A stretch of 64,000 nucleotides of DNA, taken from positions 537 through 64,536 of the forward strand of contig CALFDJ010000035.1 in the NCBI GenBank assembly GCA_937950325.1. Direction: 5' to 3'. The notes under the pieces were generated by a model, which saw nothing but the letters and a program-made list of their open reading frames with translations, was not told the origin of the DNA and did not search any database. Source of the stretch: an uncultured Collinsella sp. Lineage in GTDB: Bacteria > Actinomycetota > Coriobacteriia > Coriobacteriales > Coriobacteriaceae. This document shows positions 20,648 through 29,307 of this stretch, piece by piece. Every line of letters begins with the position of its first letter. The first letter of the stretch is position 1. Position numbers and translations under genes: made by a program.

Positions 20648-21385
20648 ATGGATAACTATTTGGACTTGATGCGCGCTCGCCGCGAGCAGATTCTGGAACG
20701 TTTTTATGCGGCGCTCGATCGCGCGGGCCGTCCCCACGACGCCGCGCGCCTCATTGCCGTGTCCAAGACCGTTGGTGTCGATGAGACCGTTGCCGCCATC
20801 CAGGCGGGGTATCGCCATTTTGCCGAGAATCGCCCGCAGGAGCTGGTTCGCAAGCTCACAGGTTTGGCGGAGCATCCGGAGCTGCCCGAGGTGCGCTTCG
20901 ATATGATCGGCAACCTGCAGACCAATAAGATCAATGCGGTGCTGGGCTCAGCCGAGCTGATTCACTCGGTGGGTTCGCTGCATCTGGCGCAGGCGATCTC
21001 GAGCCGTGCTGTCCGCAAGATTGAGGCAGGCGAACTCGCCGGCCCCCAGCGTGTGCTCATTGAGGTCAATGTGAGTGGTGAGGAGTCGAAGGGAGGCTTT
21101 TCGCCCGATGAGATTCGCGCCGCCGCGGGTGAGCTTGCGGAACTTGAGGGAATTTGCGTACAGGGGCTTATGACTATGGCGCCCCGGGGGAATAAGGATG
21201 TGGCACGCCGCACCTTTGCGGGGCTTCGTGAGCTGAGGGATGAGCTGGAGGCGGCGCATCCCGATTTGAACCTGCCTGAGCTTTCCTGCGGCATGAGCGA
21301 AGACTTTGAGCCTGCCCTTGAGGAGGGCTCTACGCTCGTTCGCCTGGGCAGGGTAGTATTTAGCCCGGAGTTTGCAGTAAAATAA
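20648..21385 (+). CDS. yggS: YggS/YlmE family PLP-homeostasis protein
   Basis: AVSKT Lys motif, HFAENRPQE, GNLQTNK and MGMS-like SCGMSEDF; the ATG 20648 start was chosen over the longer ORF. Confidence 0.9.
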   Translation: MDNYLDLMRARREQILERFYAALDRAGRPHDAARLIAVSKTVGVDETVAAIQAGYRHFAENRPQELVRKLTGLAEHPELPEVRFDMIGNLQTNKINAVLGSAELIHSVGSLHLAQAISSRAVRKIEAGELAGPQRVLIEVNVSGEESKGGFSPDEIRAAAGELAELEGICVQGLMTMAPRGNKDVARRTFAGLRELRDELEAAHPDLNLPELSCGMSEDFEPALEEGSTLVRLGRVVFSPEFAVK

Positions 21386-21445
21386 GGCTCTGAAGTGCGC
21401 ACTGATTATCGGGGCGCCTGCACTAAACCGCGAGAGGACACAACC

Positions 21446-22168
21446 ATGGGCTTCCTTGACGAGATTAAAAATAAGATGCACCTGGGCGGCCAGCAGGGTT
21501 ACGACCAGGGTTATGGCCAGGACGACGACTACGGCTACGATGATGGCTATGACGATGGCTATCAGGGCAACGGCTACAGCGGTGCTTCGGGCGAGGGCTT
21601 CTACACCCAAGACGAGCCGAGCAACGGCCTGCTTGGTCAGACGCGCCGTGGTGAAGCTGAGTCGGTTGCCGTGTATACACGCTCCGGGCAGCTGGTCGGC
21701 GATGACTCCCGCCATGCCACGACGTATAACCCGCCTTCGCGCTCGCAGGACAGTGTTGCGAGCGGTTATCGTCCTGGTGCCTATGACACGCCGTCGAGCT
21801 ACGCCGAGAATACCCGCGCCCGTGCCGCCGCTGCACCCGCGCCTGCACCGAGCGATGCCTCGGCCTATGCGAGCAATATCATCAACGCCACGCCGCAGCT
21901 GCCGGCCTATGTCCTGCGCCCCGAGAGCTATGACGACGTGGAGACCGTGGTGCGCCGCGTTCGCACCAAGCAGCCTGTCGCACTGATTTTTGTGGGCGTA
22001 CGCACCGAAGTTGCCAAGCGCGTCTTGGACTTCTCTTACGGCTTTGCCTGCGGTCTGGGTGCCACGGTCAAGGAGGTGGGCGACCGCGTGTTCATGGTGC
22101 TGCCCGCCGGTTGCGAGGTCAAAGATTCCGATCTCAAGAAGCTTCGTGCCGACGGCTACCTTAAGTAA
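21446..22168 (+). CDS. sepF: Cell division protein SepF
   Basis: N-terminal MGFLDEIKNKM amphipathic peptide, a Tyr/Asp/Gly-rich linker, and the conserved C-terminal SepF domain (VLRPESYDDVETVV...VALIFVG...RVLDFSYG). Confidence 0.88.
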   Translation: MGFLDEIKNKMHLGGQQGYDQGYGQDDDYGYDDGYDDGYQGNGYSGASGEGFYTQDEPSNGLLGQTRRGEAESVAVYTRSGQLVGDDSRHATTYNPPSRSQDSVASGYRPGAYDTPSSYAENTRARAAAAPAPAPSDASAYASNIINATPQLPAYVLRPESYDDVETVVRRVRTKQPVALIFVGVRTEVAKRVLDFSYGFACGLGATVKEVGDRVFMVLPAGCEVKDSDLKKLRADGYLK

Positions 22169-22189
22169 AGACAAGACGAGGAGATTCCC

Positions 22190-22471
22190 ATCAACATCTA
22201 CACTATCGTCCAGCTGGTCAACACGCTGTTCAACTTCTATTCCACGCTCATTGTCGTCTACTGCTTTATGACGTGGATTCCCATGAAGCAGGGTGGTTTG
22301 CTTCAGGATATTGCCGCGGTGCTTGATAGCGTGTGCGGTCCGTGGCTCAACCTGTTCCGTCGTTTCATCCCGCCGATGGGCGGTATCGATTTTTCGCCGG
22401 TCGTTGCGATTATTGCGTTGCAGTTGGTGCAGAGGCTGGTTCTGCAGCTTCTTATAGGTATACTCGTGTAG
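22190..22471 (+). CDS. yggT: YggT/YlmG family membrane protein with an apparently non-canonical start
   Basis: The ATG ORF 22268..22471 (67 aa) lacks TM1. The in-frame upstream codons encode INIYTIVQLVNTLFNFYSTLIVVYCF with no ATG/GTG/TTG. A GAGGAG SD lies at 22178-22183 and ATC 22190 follows 6 nt later. Confidence 0.6.
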   Translation: MNIYTIVQLVNTLFNFYSTLIVVYCFMTWIPMKQGGLLQDIAAVLDSVCGPWLNLFRRFIPPMGGIDFSPVVAIIALQLVQRLVLQLLIGILV

Positions 22472-22532
22472 AACTGACTTAGTAACTTACGTCGGGCGTG
22501 TAGCGCCGAGGCGATGAAAAAGGAGACTTGTT

Positions 22533-23207
22533 ATGGCTATTACCCCTGCAGACATCCAGGCTCAGACTTTCTCTGAGGCCAAGCGTGGCTACGATCCTGC
22601 CGAGGTCGACGTCTTCTTGGAGACGCTGTCCTCCGAGGTTGACGCTATGCTCGCTAAGATTGTCGACCTTAAGGGTCGTCTGACTGCTACCGAGCAGCAG
22701 CTTGCCGATGCGCAGGCTCAGCTTGCCCAGGCTCAGGATGCCCCCGCCCAGGCCGTTCCTGCCGCCCCCGTGGCTGCTCCCGCCCCTGACTTCTCCGCTC
22801 AGGAGCGCCAGATTTCCGCTGCCCTGATCGCTGCCCAGCAGACCGCTGAGACCATCGTTAACGATGCCAACGAGAACGCTGAGCGTATCCGCAACGAGGC
22901 CGACGCCAAGGCACGCGAGGTTATCCGCCAGGCTCTGACCGAGAAGCAGGCCGAGCTCGAGGAGATCGATCGTCTCAAGGCTTCCCGTGAGGAGTTCAAG
23001 GCCGAGTACCTCAAGCTCATCCAGCACTTCATGGACGATGCCCAGAACTCCTTCCCGGCCGACCTCATGGCCTCTACGCCGGTCGGTTCCGCCGCTTCTC
23101 CTGCGGTGACTGTTCCCGCCGAGCCGCTGCCCGTCGCTGACCCGGTTGTCCCCGTGGCCGATCCTTTCGCTCCGATCGACAACTTCGCTGCCGACGATCT
23201 GGACTAA
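22533..23207 (+). CDS. divIVA: DivIVA
   Basis: N-terminal DivIVA motif (ITPADIQAQTFSEAKRGYDPAEVDVFL) followed by coiled-coil. Confidence 0.9.
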   Translation: MAITPADIQAQTFSEAKRGYDPAEVDVFLETLSSEVDAMLAKIVDLKGRLTATEQQLADAQAQLAQAQDAPAQAVPAAPVAAPAPDFSAQERQISAALIAAQQTAETIVNDANENAERIRNEADAKAREVIRQALTEKQAELEEIDRLKASREEFKAEYLKLIQHFMDDAQNSFPADLMASTPVGSAASPAVTVPAEPLPVADPVVPVADPFAPIDNFAADDLD

Positions 23208-23233
23208 CATTCGGCCTACAATTTAGTGCCTAG

Positions 23234-23265
23234 AAAGGACCCGCAGCTTGCGGGTCCTTTTTTAT
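23234..23265. terminator. Bidirectional hairpin terminator between divIVA and the nitroreductase gene
   Basis: AAAGGACCCGC-AGCTT-GCGGGTCCTTT followed by TTTTT, with an A-tract on the other side. Confidence 0.7.
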
Positions 23266-23374
23266 GACTATGCAAGGGTGCGCATCATAAAAAACCGAGC
23301 CCTGCACATAGTGGCGCAGAACTCGGCGAACGGGTGAGCGGTCAAGGATAGGTTTTAAGGCATGTCCCAAAAAT

Positions 23375-23905
23375 CTACTTGAGGAGGAAGTCGGAGAGGG
23401 GAATGGTGCGGGCCTCGCGATGCTCGGGATCGGCGATGTGGTCGGCAGGATAGCCACAGACGAGCATGTGATAGGGATAGACGCCCTTGGGCAGATTGAA
23501 CTGCTCCTGCGCCACCTCAGGCTTAAAATGGCATACCCAGCACGTTCCCAGGCCCTGCTCGGTGGCCTCCATCATCATCTGATCACACACGATTGAGGTG
23601 TCGATTTCACTAGAATTCATCTGGTCATACGGGCGCACCCAAGCATCACCGGTAACGCTGCAAATAAGGAAGACAAGCGGAGCGCCAAAGATAGACTCAT
23701 CACGAGCAAACCGAGGCTGACAAGCAGCTGCCTTCTCCAGAAGCTCAGGCGTATCCAACACCATCACACGGGTTGGATGATTATTACAAGCAGAAGGAGC
23801 AATACGCCCAGCCTCAACAATGGCATCCACCACAGCCTGCTCCACAGCCCGATCTTCAAACTCACGACAAGAATACCGACCCCGAGCCAGATCCAAATAA
23901 GACAT
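23375..23905 (-). CDS. Nitroreductase family protein
   Basis: The 176-aa version starts at MSYLDLARGRYSCREF (typical R-x-S-x-R-x-F start of the family) with a GGAGGG SD. Confidence 0.8.
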   Translation of the reverse strand: MSYLDLARGRYSCREFEDRAVEQAVVDAIVEAGRIAPSACNNHPTRVMVLDTPELLEKAAACQPRFARDESIFGAPLVFLICSVTGDAWVRPYDQMNSSEIDTSIVCDQMMMEATEQGLGTCWVCHFKPEVAQEQFNLPKGVYPYHMLVCGYPADHIADPEHREARTIPLSDFLLK

Positions 23906-24090
23906 ACGAGCCCTCCAACAATTAAAAATCAAACAAACCCAAAGTAACCCAAACAGTACCCAAAGCAGCAATCGGCCAAACGCTCATCAAGGGCCAAAGT
24001 GTCCGAACGGATACCAAAGGTCCCTTCAGCCAAACCCCCCCATTGCGCTAAACCTATCAGCCAAAGTTCCCAATGGTGGTGCATAAGGGA

Positions 24091-24169
24091 GCGGGCCCGG
24101 CCACTAATAACCTTTTGAACGACTCTGCTTGCAGCCGGAGTGAAAAAGGTTATTAGTGGCCGGGCCCGC
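24091..24169. repeat. 79-bp perfect palindrome (26-bp arms, 27-nt spacer)
   Basis: GCGGGCCCGGCCACTAATAACCTTTT at 24091-24116 is the exact reverse complement of 24144-24169. It lies 25 nt downstream of the DUF47 gene stop. Confidence 0.9.
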
Positions 24170-24193
24170 GACCGGTGGGACATGTACCCCCAA

Positions 24194-24817
24194 TTAACTG
24201 TTCTTCATGACAATCGAATCCACAACATCGGCCACATTCTCACAGCAGTCAGCGCAGTACTCCAGGAAGGCGTACACGTCACGCCAGGCGATGACCTCGA
24301 GCGGGTCCTTGCCGTTAACGTGCAGGTTGCGCATGGCGTTGATATAGAGCTCGTCGGCTTCGGACTCGATGGTGTTGATCTGGATGACGAGTTCGCGCAG
24401 GGTCTTGGACTTGCGGTAGTTGGGCAGCTCGACCATCAGGTCTTTCATGGCGCGGCAGGCGTCAGTCACCTTGTGGGCGATGACGATGGCGTCGGGATGG
24501 ATGCTCTGGATGTTGGTGAAGTAGACGCGCTGCACGACGCCCTCGATGCGGTCGAGTACGGTGTCGAGTGAGCAGCTCATCAGATCCAGATCCTCGCGCT
24601 CGAGCGGGGTGATAAAGGCGGTGAGCAAGGCGTCTTCGAGCTCATGGTGCTTCTTGTCGGCCGCATGCTCAATCGCATGCATCTTATCGAGCATGTCGTG
24701 GATCTGCGCGGGGTCAAAGTTCTCAAAAATCTTGGTGAGCAGCTCGGCTGCCTGAACGGCGAGGTCGGCGCAGGCAACGTAGTTATCAAAGTAGAACGAA
24801 TCGGGTTTCTTTGCCAT
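24194..24817 (-). CDS. DUF47 / PhoU-like phosphate transport regulator (YkaA/PitR type)
   Basis: 207 aa; helical DUF47-like sequence immediately downstream of and co-oriented with the PiT transporter. Confidence 0.8.
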   Translation of the reverse strand: MAKKPDSFYFDNYVACADLAVQAAELLTKIFENFDPAQIHDMLDKMHAIEHAADKKHHELEDALLTAFITPLEREDLDLMSCSLDTVLDRIEGVVQRVYFTNIQSIHPDAIVIAHKVTDACRAMKDLMVELPNYRKSKTLRELVIQINTIESEADELYINAMRNLHVNGKDPLEVIAWRDVYAFLEYCADCCENVADVVDSIVMKNS

Positions 24818-24884
24818 GGGTGGGTCCTTTCGAGGCGAAGACGGGTGGGCGAAGTGTTGCGGTCCGGATGGACGCTCGGTTTGA

Positions 24885-25934
24885 TTAGAGGAACATCATG
24901 AACAGCTTGGCCATGACAAAGCTGATGAGTCCGCAGGCAGGGAAGGTGAAGAACCAGGTGAACATCATGTCCTTGACGACGCCGAAGTTGATGGCCGAGA
25001 GGCGCTTGACGGCACCGACGCCCATGATGGCGCAGGTCTTGATGTGTGTGGAGGACACGGGGATGCCGGTAAGGGTGGCAAGCAGCAGGTTCGCGGCGCC
25101 CGCCAGGTCGGCGGAGAAGCCCTGGTACTTTTCGAGCTTGACCATGCTCTGGCCGACGGACTTGATGATGCGCTCGCCGCCCACGCTGGTGCCGATGCCC
25201 ATAGTGGCCGAGCACAGCAGCATAATCCAGATGGGGATGCCTGCATCGCCGACGCTCGTCTGGCCGCTGGCAAAGGCCACGCCTAAAAAGAGCACGCCGA
25301 TGAACTTCTGTCCATCCTGCGCGCCGTGCATAAAGCTCATGGCCGCGGCGCTCGCGATCTGAGCGTATTTAAAGAAGACATTGGCACGTCGCCTGTTGGC
25401 GGCGGCGAAAAGAATCGAGACGAGCTTGCACAGGACCCAGCCCATGACAAAGCCCAGGCCTATGGAGAGCGCCAAGCCGTAGATGACCTTCATCCACTCG
25501 TGGACGTTGACGCTGCTCGCACCGCCGAGGGCGATGGCGGCACCGGTCAGGCCGGCGATAAGGCTGTGGCTTTGCGAGGTGGGGATGCCAAAACGCGACG
25601 CTGTGGCGCCGTAGACGACGATGGAGAACAGCGCCGCGCATAGGCAGGCGAGCGCCATGGTGCTGTTTCCGCCAAAGTCGACGATATGTGAGATGGTGTT
25701 GGCGACGCTCGCGTTAAAGTGCGTCATGATGAGCACGCCGAGGAAGTTGAATGCGGCGCTCATGAGAATGGCGGCGCGGGCGGGCATGCAACGCGTAGTG
25801 ACGCAGGTCGCGATGGCGTTGGGCGCGTCGGTCCATCCATTGACGAAGATGGCGCCCAACGCGAGGATCACGGTGACGGCAAGGACTGGGTTCGACACAA
25901 TTTGGCCGAGGAAGGTTGAGAACGTTACGTCCAT
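24885..25934 (-). CDS. pit: Inorganic phosphate transporter, PiT family
   Basis: 349 aa, polytopic; duplicated PiT motif (NGWTDAPNAIAT ... GIPVSSTH). Confidence 0.9.
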   Translation of the reverse strand: MDVTFSTFLGQIVSNPVLAVTVILALGAIFVNGWTDAPNAIATCVTTRCMPARAAILMSAAFNFLGVLIMTHFNASVANTISHIVDFGGNSTMALACLCAALFSIVVYGATASRFGIPTSQSHSLIAGLTGAAIALGGASSVNVHEWMKVIYGLALSIGLGFVMGWVLCKLVSILFAAANRRRANVFFKYAQIASAAAMSFMHGAQDGQKFIGVLFLGVAFASGQTSVGDAGIPIWIMLLCSATMGIGTSVGGERIIKSVGQSMVKLEKYQGFSADLAGAANLLLATLTGIPVSSTHIKTCAIMGVGAVKRLSAINFGVVKDMMFTWFFTFPACGLISFVMAKLFMMFL

Positions 25935-26184
25935 ATATGGGCTTTCTCGAAGTTTGCAGACACGTTACAAAAACATGATAAATCGTATCACCTCCTGCGG
26001 GTCTCTTTACCGAGTTCTGATGGGAGAAGTGAACTTTTTGGCACTAAAATTGAATATTAGCCCTGTTGACCGCGGGTGTTCTTTTTGCTAACACGCCATG
26101 CGGACACGTGCGATTACTACGACACTCCAAAACCACAGTCTGTTCGCTTTACAACATGCAAACATGCGTTCGATAATAGGAGGC

Positions 26185-26523
26185 ATGGAATATCGACAGA
26201 CAGACGGCAAAACTCGGCGCGTGCACAAGCAGTATGTGGACGTCGTGGCCCGCATCCTCGCGGGCGGACAGGTCGTGCCGGTCACCGTCTGCTGGGTCGA
26301 CGGCCGTTGTTTTACGATCGACGAAATTATCTCGACCACCGGGTTTGGCCTGATGGTCCACGGCATCCGTACGGCAACATATAAGGTGCGTTTTGGCGGG
26401 CACGCGACCGAGTTGTATCTGGAGGACCAGACGCGCGAGCGGGCAGACGGCTCGCAGGCACACGTGATGCGTTGGTGGGTCTGGGCCTTTGATCGTACGC
26501 TTGAGGGCGAGCGCCGTAGGTAA
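26185..26523 (+). CDS. Hypothetical 112-aa protein (orphan)
   Basis: Perfect AGGAGG SD 4 nt before ATG 26185; GC3-rich codons; no motif I can name; Trp-rich C-terminus (MRWWVWAF). Confidence 0.55.
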   Translation: MEYRQTDGKTRRVHKQYVDVVARILAGGQVVPVTVCWVDGRCFTIDEIISTTGFGLMVHGIRTATYKVRFGGHATELYLEDQTRERADGSQAHVMRWWVWAFDRTLEGERRR

Positions 26524-26602
26524 GGACGTACGGCATTCGGGTACAATGACAGGAATCTTGTCAGCTACTGCGCTGTCGCGGCGCTTTTGAAAGGACGAAA
26601 TT

Positions 26603-27298
26603 ATGAACGATATTCAGGGCTATCAGAACGGCCCCATCGAAACCGGCGCAAGCCGTGCCAAGGAGATGTCGCCGCGTGCGTATAATCTTGCCATGTCTGC
26701 CCTGATCTTTTTGGGCTTTTGCGCCATGGGCGTCGGTGCTTACTTTACGAGCACCATGTCGTTTGCGCGCATGATGATGAGCGGCGCCGCTTTGCCGCTG
26801 GTCTTTGGCTCATTTATTTTGACCATCGTCGGCATGGTCATGATGTCGGCCGCCGCCAGCAAGCAGTCCGTGGGCCTGTCCCTTGTGGGCTACGTAATCT
26901 TTGCGAGCACCTTTGGCCTGACCGCGTCGTTTGGCCTTGCCAACTACGACCTGCCCACCATCAACACTGCCTTTATCGCCACGGCCGCCATCACCTTTGT
27001 CTTTGGCGCCTTGGGCGTGACGTTCCCCAAGTTTTTCCAGCGCGTATATGGCATCGGTTTTGGCATTCTGCTCGCCACTATTCTGGTTGAGATCGTGCTG
27101 ATGTTCATGGGCGTCTCGCAGACCATCACCGACCTGATCGTAATCGTGGTGTTCGCCGGCTTTATTGGCTACGACACCTATGTTGCCACGACGGTGCCGC
27201 CTACGCTGCCCAACGCCGTGCTCATGGCGTCCAATCTGTTCGTGGACATTATCAACGTGTTCCTGCGCATCCTGAACATCCTTGGCCGTCGCGACTAG
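26603..27298 (+). CDS. Bax inhibitor-1/YccA family membrane protein
   Basis: 231 aa, 7 predicted TM helices; family-typical FAGFIGYDTY and C-terminal basic end (LNILGRRD). Confidence 0.85.
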   Translation: MNDIQGYQNGPIETGASRAKEMSPRAYNLAMSALIFLGFCAMGVGAYFTSTMSFARMMMSGAALPLVFGSFILTIVGMVMMSAAASKQSVGLSLVGYVIFASTFGLTASFGLANYDLPTINTAFIATAAITFVFGALGVTFPKFFQRVYGIGFGILLATILVEIVLMFMGVSQTITDLIVIVVFAGFIGYDTYVATTVPPTLPNAVLMASNLFVDIINVFLRILNILGRRD

Positions 27299-27435
27299 TG
27301 GCGAATTGCGGCGGTGCTTGCCGTGCGTGTAAATCGATGCGAAAGGCGGTCCTTCGGGGCCGTCTTTTTTGTACTCGGCGGGGTATCATGGATGGGAAAA
27401 GCCGATAGCGGCAGCGACAGGAAAGGTGACCACTT

Positions 27436-28557
27436 ATGGCAGACGTCGACAACAGGAACCGTAACCGCAGGTCCAACCGAGCGGGTCAGCCCAATCCCAA
27501 GCGCGAGGCCCGTGCCAAGGCCGCCGAGCGTCACGTGGCAACTGTGTCCGAAGCGTGCGCCAAGGATATCGAGCGTTCGCTTGCCGGCGTGTGCGAGTTC
27601 GATGGTATGCCTGCCGGTTTTGTCGCGGCGATGAAGGCCAAGGTTCAGAGTGCTGTGGCCGCCGAAGAACAGGTTGCCGAGGACGTCGAGGGCGCGGAGG
27701 CTGCCGAGACCGAGACGGCGCCCGAGACCGAGGCAGCGCCTGAGCCTGCCGAGGAAATCGCCGAAGCTGAGTCCGCGCCTGCTGAGGAGCCCGCTCCGGT
27801 TCTGCCTGAGGTCACCGTGCTCGATGCCTCCGCCACGCAGGCCATCCTGGACAACGGTCGTGGCTATGCGCAGTTCTGCGACATGGCCGTGCTCGCCTTT
27901 GCCTCGTTCACCAACCCGGGCGGTGGCTACATCCAGGGCTATCTGGGCCAGGAGGCCACGCTGTGCGCCGATTCGTATCTGTACAACGTTCTCGATAAGC
28001 AGCGCAAATGGTACGGCGAGAACCGTCGCCGCAACATCAACTGCGAGCTTTACCGCAACCGTGCGCTGGTGGTGCCTGCGGTGCGCTTCGACCGCAACCA
28101 CGTGCATGCATACGCCGACGTGATCGTGGCCGCCGCGCCCAACGTTAAGCGCGCCCGCCAGGAGTATCGCGTGAGCGACGATGCTCTGCTGGACGCCCTG
28201 CGCGACCGCATTCGCTTTGTGCTTGCCATCTGCGACGAGCTAGGTCGCGAGAAGCTCGTGCTGGGCGCTTGGGGCTGCGACAACAACGGCTTTGACGCAG
28301 AGGCCGTGGCCGAGCTCTTCCGCAAGGAGCTCGCGTCGGGCGACTTTAAGGTCAAGCAAGTCTTCTTTGCCGTGCCTTCTACGCGCTGGGATGAGGATTT
28401 TGCCAAGTTCGAGCACGTGCTGGCAAACTTCCCCGAGCGCAACGAGGAGTCCTATGCCCAGGTTGCCGCTCGCGCTGCGGCAGCTCGCGCCGCCGAGCAG
28501 ACCCAGGCTGCTACCGAGGATGATGAGGACGAGGACGATTGGCGCAAGTACCTGTAA
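27436..28557 (+). CDS. TIGR02452/DUF2263 microbial PARG-like macrodomain protein with a disordered N-terminus
   Basis: 373 aa; core FASFTNPGGGYIQGYLGQEATLCADSYLY ... VIVAAAPN ... LVLGAWGCDNNGF matches the bacterial-type PARG fold signature, except that QEE reads QEA. The N-terminal about 130 aa is basic and then Glu/Ala/Pro-rich. Confidence 0.75.
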   Translation: MADVDNRNRNRRSNRAGQPNPKREARAKAAERHVATVSEACAKDIERSLAGVCEFDGMPAGFVAAMKAKVQSAVAAEEQVAEDVEGAEAAETETAPETEAAPEPAEEIAEAESAPAEEPAPVLPEVTVLDASATQAILDNGRGYAQFCDMAVLAFASFTNPGGGYIQGYLGQEATLCADSYLYNVLDKQRKWYGENRRRNINCELYRNRALVVPAVRFDRNHVHAYADVIVAAAPNVKRARQEYRVSDDALLDALRDRIRFVLAICDELGREKLVLGAWGCDNNGFDAEAVAELFRKELASGDFKVKQVFFAVPSTRWDEDFAKFEHVLANFPERNEESYAQVAARAAAARAAEQTQAATEDDEDEDDWRKYL

Positions 28558-28582
28558 TCGGTACGTGCTGACAGATAGGTCG

Positions 28583-28617
28583 AGCCGGCGGGAGAGGCTG
28601 CTTCCGTCGGCTTTTTA
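28583..28617 (+). terminator. Intrinsic terminator after the PARG-like gene
   Basis: AGCCGGCGG ... CCGTCGGCT stem followed by TTTTT. Confidence 0.6.
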
Positions 28618-28635
28618 CTGAGCGAGGGGCTTACG

Positions 28636-29295
28636 ATGAAAAACGTTCTATGCTTTGGCGACAGCAACACCTATGGTTACGATCCGGCGGGCATGCGCGA
28701 CGGCACCGCGGTGCGCTATGCGCAGGATGTGCGCTGGTGCGGCGTGGCCCAACGTGACTTAGGCGAGGGCTGGCATGTAATTGAAGAAGGCCTCAACGGC
28801 CGCACGACGGTACGCGACGACATGTGCCATCTGAACACCAATCTTAACGGCATCCGCGCACTGCCGATGCTGCTCGAGGCCCATAAGCCGCTGGATGCGA
28901 TCGTTATTATGCTGGGAACCAACGATTGCAAGACGGTCTTTGGTGTGACGGCCTCCGATATTGCCCGTGGCACCATGGCGCTGATTCGCGCGGTGCGTGC
29001 ATTTCCCTGGACCAATGCCGCACCCTGCCCGCGTATTCTGCTGATGGCACCTATCAAGATCAAGCCGCAAATCGCCGATGTATATATGACCGATTTTGAC
29101 GAGCGTTCCGTCGAGGCCTCGGAGCATTTTGCTGAATACTATGCGCACGTAGCCGAGCAGTTTGGCTGCGACTTTTTGAATGCAGCGGAGTTTGCCGAGC
29201 CGGGCGATATCGACTATCTGCATATGATGTCCGAAAGCCATGAGAGCCTGGGTCACGCCGTGGCGGCCAAGCTCCAAGAGATGCTCGGTGAGTAG
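28636..29295 (+). CDS. SGNH/GDSL hydrolase (arylesterase-like)
   Basis: N-terminal block I CFGDSNTYG, block II GLNGRTT, block III GTND, and block V DxxH region (DYLHM). Confidence 0.85.
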   Translation: MKNVLCFGDSNTYGYDPAGMRDGTAVRYAQDVRWCGVAQRDLGEGWHVIEEGLNGRTTVRDDMCHLNTNLNGIRALPMLLEAHKPLDAIVIMLGTNDCKTVFGVTASDIARGTMALIRAVRAFPWTNAAPCPRILLMAPIKIKPQIADVYMTDFDERSVEASEHFAEYYAHVAEQFGCDFLNAAEFAEPGDIDYLHMMSESHESLGHAVAAKLQEMLGE

Positions 29296-29307
29296 CACGG
29301 CCCCAAA

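Noticed and set aside
26098-29295. Treating the orphan protein, BI-1, the PARG-like protein and the SGNH hydrolase as one novel defence or stress island.
   Set aside because: The four genes are separated by individual SDs and at least one terminator (28583-28617). No mobility genes, integrase, tRNA target or flanking direct repeats mark an island, and the composition matches the surrounding core DNA. Only the individual oddities are reported.
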